Notes: generated by a model from the letters alone, not told the origin. A stretch of 24,000 bases of DNA from an uncultured Enterobacteriaceae bacterium (GCA_966185765.1 CBIFVZ010000008.1:48176-72175); one strand, 5' to 3'. Positions 1 to 7,092 are shown, numbered from the stretch's first letter. Program-made: numbers and translations.

Positions 1-110
1 GTAAGCTGGCGCAGCGTGGCTAATAGCTGAGTCTCATCCAGCAGCAATGCCAGCCCCGGCAGTTGCGAGTCAGCGGCAATGAGCGCCTGCTCAAGCTGAT
101 GGGCGGTCAT
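1..110 (-). CDS. 5' end (36 codons) of an unidentified CDS that continues beyond the window; last visible gene of the glycosyltransferase/ABC operon
   Basis: ATG at 110..108 overlaps the ABC-transporter stop (ATGA, 110..107). The frame MTAHQLEQALIAADSQLPGLALLLDETQLLATLRQL stays open to the window edge. It is too short to assign a family. Confidence 0.4.
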   Translation of the reverse strand, partial: MTAHQLEQALIAADSQLPGLALLLDETQLLATLRQL

Positions 111-1915
111 AGCGCCACTCCTTTTTGAATATTCCACAGTTCGAAATAACGTCCCTGTTGTGCCATGAGCACTGCATGATTACCCTGCTCAATGACCTGC
201 CCGCCATCAAGTAGCAGAATGCTGTCGGCTTTTGCCGCCAGGGCCAGGTTATGGGTAATGATGACCGTGGTTTTACCCTGCATCAGGCGCGCGAGAGCGT
301 CGGTCACCGCCTGCTCGTTTTTGCTGTCAAGGCCCACACCCGGTTCGTCGAGCAGTAAAAATGCGCTGTTGCGGATGGCGGCACGGGCAATGGCAATACG
401 CTGGCGCTGCCCGCCGGAAAGTGACATGCCGCGCTCACTGACAACCGTGCCGTAACCCTGCGGTAGATGCAGGATAAAGTCGTGGGCGTTGGCAAGCTTT
501 GCCGCAGCAATCACCTCCTCGTCGCTGACCTCACCCTCAGCGCCCAGCGCGATGTTCTCCCGAATACTGACGCCAAACAGCAGACTCTCTTGCGGCAGGT
601 AGCCAATCTGGCGACGCAGGTTGTCTACGGCATAATCGCGTACATCCGTACCATTGAGCGTAATGCGTCCACGGTCAGGCTCATAAAGACGCAACAAGAG
701 TTGGCTGAGCGTTGATTTACCGGCACCCGATGGGCCTGTGATAGCAAGCGATTGTCCGGCAGGAACGGTAAAGCTGACGTCACGTAATACAGAGGCTGGC
801 TCGTTTTCATGGGGGCTGTGGTAGGCAAAATGCACGTTTTCGAATGCCAGGTTCAGACCAGCACGCGCAATCAGTGGTTTGCCCGCCTCGCGGTCAATAC
901 CCACTGGCTGGTGCAGCAGTTCAATAACGCGCTCACCTGCGGTTACGGCCTTTGCCAGGCGGCTGCTGTATTTTGCAAATTCGCGCACCGGTCGGAAGGC
1001 GTTTTTCATATAGGAAATAAAGATAAGCAACTCGCCTGCCGACATTTTGCCGCCCAGCACGCTGCGCGCGCCAAGCAGCAACACCAGCGCTGTTACCACG
1101 GCAATGAGTACATCAACCTGGCGCTCCAGCCCCGCAGCAAGACGTTTTGCCCGCACGTTTTGTTGCAGGCTCTGGCTGTCGCTGCCGTTGAAGGTTTCGG
1201 TCGCCGCCTTTTCCAGCGACATCGCCTGGAGTGTCGCAATGCCTGTCATATATTCTGCTGAACGTGCCGCCAGATGCCCTTCGCGCTTGCGTTGGGCGCG
1301 GCTGACATCGCGAATTTTTCCTCCGCTGCGCATTGTCGCAAGCGCGAGCAGCGGCATAGGCAGTAGCGTAAGCAACGTAAGCTGCCAGTCCAGAAAGAAC
1401 ATGATGCCAAGCATCCCGGTAAAAATGACGATGCTGGAAAGCAGCGGCATGATGGCGGTGACGGTCGCTTCACGCATCATGCCGATGTCATTTATCAGGC
1501 GCATCGTCAGATCGCCCGTGCGGCTACGCTGGTGAAACGACAACGGCAGGTGCAGCAGATGGGCGAATAACGCGCGGCGAATAGCGCTCATGACCCGGCT
1601 GCCCGCCAGCGCCATGCCTATCGTGCTGGCATAACCTGCAACCGCCCTGAGAATGGCAATCACCACCACTGCAATCGCACACAGCCACAGCAGTTTTTCA
1701 GTCTCCAGTACGTTGATGCTCAGGCCATTTAACAACGTATTGTGTTTGATATCGCCCATGACCACGTCAATGGCAAACGCCAGCGGCCACGGTTCCAGCA
1801 GGCGAATCACGCTTGCCAACAGCAACACGATAAACGAGCCAGCAATCAGTCCTTTTTGCTGGCGAATCCAGGGCCAGAACGCGCGCAGGACCGACGTGGA
1901 TGATTCAACGGCCAT
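107..1915 (-). CDS. ABC exporter, fused permease/ATP-binding half-transporter (MsbA/NdvA-like architecture)
   Basis: 602-aa ORF with a hydrophobic N-terminal half containing multiple TM segments. The C-terminal NBD has Walker A GPSGAGKST, ABC signature LSGGQRQR, Walker B LLLDEP and an H-loop ITHNL. Confidence 0.9.
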   Translation of the reverse strand: MAVESSTSVLRAFWPWIRQQKGLIAGSFIVLLLASVIRLLEPWPLAFAIDVVMGDIKHNTLLNGLSINVLETEKLLWLCAIAVVVIAILRAVAGYASTIGMALAGSRVMSAIRRALFAHLLHLPLSFHQRSRTGDLTMRLINDIGMMREATVTAIMPLLSSIVIFTGMLGIMFFLDWQLTLLTLLPMPLLALATMRSGGKIRDVSRAQRKREGHLAARSAEYMTGIATLQAMSLEKAATETFNGSDSQSLQQNVRAKRLAAGLERQVDVLIAVVTALVLLLGARSVLGGKMSAGELLIFISYMKNAFRPVREFAKYSSRLAKAVTAGERVIELLHQPVGIDREAGKPLIARAGLNLAFENVHFAYHSPHENEPASVLRDVSFTVPAGQSLAITGPSGAGKSTLSQLLLRLYEPDRGRITLNGTDVRDYAVDNLRRQIGYLPQESLLFGVSIRENIALGAEGEVSDEEVIAAAKLANAHDFILHLPQGYGTVVSERGMSLSGGQRQRIAIARAAIRNSAFLLLDEPGVGLDSKNEQAVTDALARLMQGKTTVIITHNLALAAKADSILLLDGGQVIEQGNHAVLMAQQGRYFELWNIQKGVAL

Positions 1916-3074
1916 CGCACGCTCCTGCCGGTAACCGCAGACCGGCCAGTTGCCAGATGCGGTTCACCGCCTGAGTCCAGCTGTGGTGCTGTTCGGCTTC
2001 GCGACGCCCTGCGCTACCCATTTTCTGGCGTAGCGCAGGGTTGTTAATAAGGGCAATGACTGCCTGCGCCAGCGCCGCCGGGTCTTCTGGCGCAACCAGC
2101 AGCCCGGTCTCTCCATCATGAACCAGTTCAGCAAGGTGGCCGACACGCGTGGTGATAACGGGTAGCCCTGCGGCCATGTATTCATAAATTTTGAGCGGTG
2201 AAAAATAGAAATTTTCCAGCTGCGGATAAGGCGCAATGGCAATATCCACCCCTGAAAGCAATGGCGGCACCTGCGCTGGCGTGACAGCGCCGTGAAACTG
2301 AGCGCCGCAGACACCGCTTTGCGCCAGCCTCTGCTGAAGTTCGCTTGCCTGCGGTCCGTCGCCAATAATTGATAGCGTGACGTTGTAACCTTTCTGTCGC
2401 AGTAAGATGAAGGCATCAACCAGCGTATGTAGCCCGTGCCAGGGTTTGAGTGTCCCTACGAAGCCCAGCGTTAGCGCATCCCGCTCGTCGTTATCGGTGC
2501 GCGGTGCAAAGCGCGTTGGGTCAACGCCGTTTTCAACCACGTGCACCTTGCCCTGCGCCGGTGCGAAGGTTTCAAGCCAGTTGCGTACACCTGCTGAGAC
2601 CGCAATGATGGTGTCGGCGTGGTTGAGCAGGTTATCGAGTACGGCAAATGCCTCCTGCTCCAGCACCAGTTTGCGGTACTGGCGCTGCTCCTGGGGTAAT
2701 GGCGCATTCACCTCCAGCACCGTCGGTATACTCGCATTGTGTGCCCAGGTAATCGCAGCATGGCTCCACAGCGAGTAGCGCTCATACACCACATCAAACG
2801 GCCCTGCCGCGCTAAGCTGTTCTGCCAGCATCGTGTTAGCGTTGAGGGCGGCGCGTGCACGCGTTTCTTCATCCGTACCCGGCAGTGTGGGTAACGTGAT
2901 TATTTTCAGTGCACGAAACGCCTGAGGCACGTCACCCCCGAGCCTTTGGGCAAACAGCGTAATCTCAGCACCCTGTTGCAACAGCACGCGCAGCACTTCC
3001 TGGATATGAATCGACGCACCCTTTTGACCGAAAACCGGAATGCCCGGATCGGCGCAGATATAAGCCACTTTCAT
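1905..3074 (-). CDS. Glycosyltransferase, GT4-like (GT-B fold)
   Basis: 389-aa ORF. N-terminus MKVAYICADPGIPVFGQKGASIHIQE. The C-terminal GT4-type motif is EYMAAGLPVITTRVGHLAELVHDGETGLLV. Its stop overlaps the ABC start by 11 nt. Confidence 0.88.
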   Translation of the reverse strand: MKVAYICADPGIPVFGQKGASIHIQEVLRVLLQQGAEITLFAQRLGGDVPQAFRALKIITLPTLPGTDEETRARAALNANTMLAEQLSAAGPFDVVYERYSLWSHAAITWAHNASIPTVLEVNAPLPQEQRQYRKLVLEQEAFAVLDNLLNHADTIIAVSAGVRNWLETFAPAQGKVHVVENGVDPTRFAPRTDNDERDALTLGFVGTLKPWHGLHTLVDAFILLRQKGYNVTLSIIGDGPQASELQQRLAQSGVCGAQFHGAVTPAQVPPLLSGVDIAIAPYPQLENFYFSPLKIYEYMAAGLPVITTRVGHLAELVHDGETGLLVAPEDPAALAQAVIALINNPALRQKMGSAGRREAEQHHSWTQAVNRIWQLAGLRLPAGACDGR

Positions 3075-4300
3075 CAGGCGGTTTCCTTACCCTTGTGGGA
3101 AATGGCGTTACAGAAGATATTCCGCAAACGTGCGGCGTTACGGTCAATATCGAACTCACGCTCAATCAATGCCCTTGCCGTTTGTGAGAGCTGAGAACGC
3201 AGTGCGTGGTTAGTGACCAGCCCGGCAATAGCCTCAGATAATACCTGCGCATTTTGTGGCGCAACGCAACGCCCGGTTTCACCGTCAATAACCAGCTCAG
3301 GGATACCGGCGACATCCGTTGAGATAACCGGCGTGCCGAGTGCCATCGCCTCAAGTAAGACGGTTGGCAGGCCATCGCGATCCCCTTCTTCGCTAATAAT
3401 GCAGGGAGCGACAATCAGCGTGGCATGACGCATGGCGGCGATGATTTCCCGCTGGGGTAAAAACCCCGTCAGCGTGATGATGTCTTCAAGCTGTGCGGCT
3501 TTAATCTGGGCTTCAAGCGCCGCCCGCAGCGGACCGTCGCCGATAATGCTGCAGCGCAACGGATGTCCCGCATCGCGCAGCAAGCGTATTGCCTCAACCA
3601 GGTAGCAGAATCCCTTTTTCTCAACCAGCCGCCCTACGGCAAGAATTTTCGTTTCCTGGGCTGTGTCTGGTGCAGTAAAAGTGAATTTCTGCAGATCGAT
3701 ACCGTTGTACAGCCGCGTTGTTGAGGCTGCACTGTCGCCATATCGCTCACGCAACCAGCGCAGGTTGTAATCTGAAACGGTCACGGTCTGAAAGGCATCA
3801 CGCAGCTTGCCTTCAAGCTCGGTGCTTTCTTCGTAGGGGTAATAAATATCTTTCGCGTGGGCGGTAAAGCTGTAACTGATCCCGCTTAGCTGCGCTGCAA
3901 GTCGTGCCACAGTGGTTGCACGCGTGCCGAAATGGGCATGCAGGTGCTCAATACCACGTTCGCGCACGGTGAGCGCCAGCTGTAGCGCCTGGGAAAACTC
4001 ATGCACATTGCGGTGGCGGCCCTTGTCCAGACAGTGGGCAAGACCCGGTAGCTCGCGCCATGCCCTGTCAAGTAACGCCCAGAAGGCTTCAGCGCTGCGC
4101 TGTTTATCATTCAGTCGGCTTACGGGGGCTTTCACCAGAGCAATGGTGTCCTGAAAATGGGTTTCTTCCACATTTCCCAGCGCAAAAATATCAATCTTTA
4201 ACCCTGCGCGTTCATGGGCGAGGATTTCATTTACAATGAAGGTTTCTGAAAAACGCGGATAGCGTTTGACAACGTAGCCGATATAACGTTGTGGTGACAT
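3074..4300 (-). CDS. Glycosyltransferase, GT4-like (WcaL-like N-terminus)
   Basis: 408-aa ORF. N-terminus YVVKRYPRFSETFIVNEILAHERAG is typical of WcaL-type GT4 enzymes. C-terminal motif is LLEAMALGTPVISTDVAGIPELVIDGETGRCV. A GAGGT Shine-Dalgarno sits 5 nt before the ATG. The stop overlaps the next ATG (TGATG). Confidence 0.88.
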   Translation of the reverse strand: MSPQRYIGYVVKRYPRFSETFIVNEILAHERAGLKIDIFALGNVEETHFQDTIALVKAPVSRLNDKQRSAEAFWALLDRAWRELPGLAHCLDKGRHRNVHEFSQALQLALTVRERGIEHLHAHFGTRATTVARLAAQLSGISYSFTAHAKDIYYPYEESTELEGKLRDAFQTVTVSDYNLRWLRERYGDSAASTTRLYNGIDLQKFTFTAPDTAQETKILAVGRLVEKKGFCYLVEAIRLLRDAGHPLRCSIIGDGPLRAALEAQIKAAQLEDIITLTGFLPQREIIAAMRHATLIVAPCIISEEGDRDGLPTVLLEAMALGTPVISTDVAGIPELVIDGETGRCVAPQNAQVLSEAIAGLVTNHALRSQLSQTARALIEREFDIDRNAARLRNIFCNAISHKGKETA

Positions 4301-4301
4301 G

Positions 4302-5504
4302 CTATACCTCGCACTGCACAGATGCGGTTAACTGACTTTTCTGTGTTAACAGCGCATTCATTTTTTCAGTGAAGGTATACAGACCATTCAGACTCATATG
4401 CTGACGGGGATTTTCCGGCTGCCATTGTGATGCCATCCAGTTATTCAGTGCCTTAACGGTTAATTCATCAGGATGAATACAGCTCACCAGATTAATTTGC
4501 GCCAGATGTGAGGCACGAATCCATTGTTCCTGCCGGGGTGAAACACGTGGAATAATGAGCGCGCGTTTATTGAGCGATAATATTTCAATGGTTGTGTTAT
4601 ATCCACCCATAGCTACCACGCTGTGTGCCTGGCGTAATAGCGCGAGTGGGTTGGGTACGAAGCGAATAATGCGCAGGTCAGCGCGTGTGGCCGCTATTTT
4701 TTGTAGCGCTTCGAATTCGGCCGTAGGCATCATCGAGCCGGTAATTAATATGCCGGTAAATCCCTCGGGAAATGAGGACTGCGCAAAACGTGAGGCCAAA
4801 CGGAAGCCATCCTGACCGCCGCCAACCGTACATAATACATAGGGTTCGTTAAGTTCAGCCAACAGGCTGTCGGCAGATTGCGGCTGCTGGGCATGGTGCG
4901 TTGCGTCCAGATAACCCATAAATGACACCTTGCGCCTGACCTCCTGGTCAAGCCCATAAGCCTGCGTTAAGTCGTAGAAACTGGCATCGCCGTAGACCCA
5001 GACATTACTGTAGTAATCGCGAATGGCACCTGCGTTATCAAGCTTTTGCCACTGGCGCTGCACTGCCTGTGGCTCATCGATGATATCGCGAAGGCCAAGT
5101 ACCAGATGTGCGTTTTCCTCTCTTAGCATAGGGAGCACGCTATCAAGCTCTGACATCGCGCCACGCGGGACATTGTCTACCACCACCACGTCAGGGCGGA
5201 AGGACTTGAGGGCCGCATGAATAATACTGACTCGCAAAGAGACCAGACGATGGATATCGTTACCCAGTGAATGCGGTAAATATTCACCGGCCGGGGTTTT
5301 CAGATACGTGGGAAGCGTGACCGAATCCATCCCTTTAGGAAAATGAAATACGCCGGATTCACGTACGCCGTTAATGAGGAGAATTTCTGTATCAGGTCTG
5401 GACTTTAAAACGGAGTTCGCCAGCAGCATGTTACGCCGGACATGACCGAGGCCCATTGTGTCGTGAGAATAAAAAGCAAGTCGTGCGGGACGATAACCAC
5501 CCAT
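4302..5504 (-). CDS. Predicted GT-B glycosyltransferase (COG4671 / GT28-C-terminal-like)
   Basis: N-terminal RLAFYSHDTMGLGHVRRN motif and C-terminal MGGYNTTIEILSLNKRALIIPR motif. The maximal ORF starts at 5594. The ATG at 5504 (MGGYRPARLAFYSHD) is preferred because a GGGAG SD lies 8 nt upstream and the N-terminus then has a family-typical length. Confidence 0.8.
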   Translation of the reverse strand: MGGYRPARLAFYSHDTMGLGHVRRNMLLANSVLKSRPDTEILLINGVRESGVFHFPKGMDSVTLPTYLKTPAGEYLPHSLGNDIHRLVSLRVSIIHAALKSFRPDVVVVDNVPRGAMSELDSVLPMLREENAHLVLGLRDIIDEPQAVQRQWQKLDNAGAIRDYYSNVWVYGDASFYDLTQAYGLDQEVRRKVSFMGYLDATHHAQQPQSADSLLAELNEPYVLCTVGGGQDGFRLASRFAQSSFPEGFTGILITGSMMPTAEFEALQKIAATRADLRIIRFVPNPLALLRQAHSVVAMGGYNTTIEILSLNKRALIIPRVSPRQEQWIRASHLAQINLVSCIHPDELTVKALNNWMASQWQPENPRQHMSLNGLYTFTEKMNALLTQKSQLTASVQCEV

Positions 5505-5594
5505 ATTGAAAACTCCCATTCCATGGAAAATAAATAATTTCTGGTGATGTATGTAACATGGCGGAAATAAAATATCACCAGGATAAATGGACAA

Positions 5595-6067
5595 TCTTTG
5601 TTATTTTTTTATTTGTAGCTGCTTCTTTATCACGCCTTTCTTAACTGATTATTAAGAGGTGAAAAAATAAGTTTCAGATATGGGTGGAATAAAAATAGCG
5701 TGATATTTCTTATTTTTCGTTGCCGAATGTGCGCAGATTAAACTCAGGTGCAAGCGGGTGGAAGGCTCAGCTTATTAAGCGCAGGCAATGGCATCATTTA
5801 TGGGATGAAAGTGATAATGCCAGTGTAACCCGGCACGTTTATCATGATTTATTGTTTTTTTAACCTGAAGTAGGTCGCATTTTTTGGAGAAAATTTCCCT
5901 GGTGTTACATTACTGCGCTATGTGCGGATCGCACGACTAACTTTTTAAACAGTTGCCATTATATTCCTCTCTGACAGATATGTAAGATGTACTAATATAC
6001 TGCCGTATCCTGTTCTTAAGTACAGGTGATATGACATGATTTCAGGCACACGCGGAGGGAGCAGCGT
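5595..6067. promoter_or_regulatory. AT-rich divergent intergenic/control region between the GT-ABC operon and the luxR-family gene
   Basis: ~470 bp with no ORF longer than 20 codons and visibly lower GC than the flanking genes. It contains two LuxR-type-box-like palindromes (5922..5934 and 6008..6027). Confidence 0.55.
6008..6027. promoter_or_regulatory. lux-box-like 20-bp inverted repeat (candidate LuxR-family operator)
   Basis: TCCTGTTCTTAAGTACAGGT is 16/20 self-complementary. The CCTGT...ACAGGT arms match the V. fischeri lux box ACCTGTAGGATCGTACAGGT at 13/20 positions. It lies 41-60 bp upstream of the luxR-family ATG. Confidence 0.5.
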
Positions 6068-6799
6068 ATGTTATCTGTCTTTAGAGAAAATACAGTAATG
6101 AGTGGCGCTCTCAGAGAATATATTGAGCGGCGGTTACAGCCCTGTGGGCTGACGACCTATGCCTACATTGTGTTGAGCAAGCATAACCTTGCCGATGTGT
6201 TAATGATCTCTAACTACCCAAAAGCCTGGCAGGAGCAGTACCTGTCTAACAATTATTACCAGCGCGATCCGGTTGTGTTAAGTGGGCTTAAGCGAAGCTC
6301 ACCCTTCTGTTGGGATGAGAACATCACCTTCCGGCTATCCGAAATCTTCAGGTTGTCAAAACCTTACAATATTGTGAACGGTGTGACATTCGTCCTGCAT
6401 GACCACCTTAACCACGTGGCCATGCTGTCGCTGGTGACTGACTGTTTCGTCTCACAATATGAGCAACTCAAAACGCACAGTGCTAATCTGCAAATGCTGT
6501 TGATAGATATCAATGAGCAAACCCACCGTTTGCTGGATACGCCGCCGTCACTCACCTCCACAGGGCCGTCCTCAGAGCGTGACAGGTCGATGTTCACCCC
6601 GCGCGAGCATGAGGTACTGTACTGGGCAAGCATGGGAAAAACCTATGACGATATTGCCATTATTCTCGGTATCACCGAGCGCACGGTAAAGTTTCATATG
6701 GCGAATCTGGTTCGCAAGATGGGGGTCAGCAATGCGCGTCAGGCTATTCGCCTGGGTGTTGAACTGAACATGATAACACCCACCACTCTACTGCAATGA
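6068..6799 (+). CDS. LuxR-family transcriptional regulator with an N-terminal autoinducer (AHL)-binding domain and a C-terminal GerE/LuxR HTH; no cognate luxI in the window (LuxR solo within this window)
   Basis: 243 aa with a GGAGG SD at 6054..6058. The motif NYPKAWQEQYLSNNYYQRDPVV...FCWDE...NGVTF aligns with TraR W57/Y61/D70/P71/W85/G113. The HTH is TPREHEVLYWASMGKTYDDIAIILGITERTVKFHMANLVRKMGVSNARQAI, with the E-x3-L-x5-G pattern. Confidence 0.9.
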   Translation: MLSVFRENTVMSGALREYIERRLQPCGLTTYAYIVLSKHNLADVLMISNYPKAWQEQYLSNNYYQRDPVVLSGLKRSSPFCWDENITFRLSEIFRLSKPYNIVNGVTFVLHDHLNHVAMLSLVTDCFVSQYEQLKTHSANLQMLLIDINEQTHRLLDTPPSLTSTGPSSERDRSMFTPREHEVLYWASMGKTYDDIAIILGITERTVKFHMANLVRKMGVSNARQAIRLGVELNMITPTTLLQ

Positions 6800-6891
6800 T
6801 GAAGTGCTTCCTCCCAACCCAATGGGTCAGGAGCGAAACAGATGGGGGTATATTTGTCCCCGCTCTGCGCGGTATTGCATGTGCCGGGGCA

Positions 6892-7080
6892 TCAGGAAAA
6901 CGTTCTGCTCGTCCACCTGCTCTGGCTAGAGTTACAAGAGCTGTGATAGAAAGTTTCACTGCGCGAAACAGTGTCATTGTTGTTGCCCGTGAATGCACAC
7001 CACTCGGTAAAACCATTCTCAGGGCGAAAGTTGCATGCAGTGCCGCAGGGCGGGCTGTGGTAGATGGTTATGTTGCTCAT
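6892..7080 (-). pseudogene. arsC: arsC (glutaredoxin-type arsenate reductase) remnant; only the first ~14 codons are recognisable
   Basis: The ATG lies 12 nt after the arsB stop, in the usual arsB-arsC position. MSNITIYHSPPCGT matches E. coli ArsC MSNITIYHNPACGT, including catalytic Cys12. After ~7036 the frame no longer resembles ArsC and stops at 62 codons, versus ~141 expected. A full-length arsC would run into the luxR-family gene. Confidence 0.65.
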
Positions 7081-7092
7081 ATCAGCATCTGA

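Noticed and set aside
809-1535. Plus-strand ORFs of 150 and 162 aa (809..1261, 1047..1535), plus other 60-90 aa ORFs inside the ABC-transporter gene.
   Set aside because: They are antisense or out of frame relative to a gene with unambiguous ABC motifs. Their composition is Ala/Arg/Ser/Cys-rich and low in complexity, which is typical of shadow ORFs in GC-rich coding DNA.
5505-5594. 30-codon N-terminal extension of the first glycosyltransferase (MSIYPGDILFPPCYIHHQKLFIFHGMGVFN).
   Set aside because: It lies in AT-rich sequence and has no SD, whereas a GGGAG SD serves the ATG at 5504. The family N-terminus normally starts a few residues before the HDTxGLGH motif.
5863-5882. Half lux box, ACCTGAAGTAGGTCGCATTT.
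   Set aside because: Only the left arm (ACCTG.AG) resembles a lux box. There is no complementary right arm, so it is not a dimer site.
6744-7016. Possible frameshifted continuation of arsC in a second frame (LRMVLPSG versus LEMIRNSG, ALVTLARAGG versus ELVKLIADMG).
   Set aside because: The matches are short, require inconsistent spacing, and are not supported at the nucleotide level against the remembered E. coli arsC. I treated them as chance. Only the first ~14 codons are called ArsC-like.
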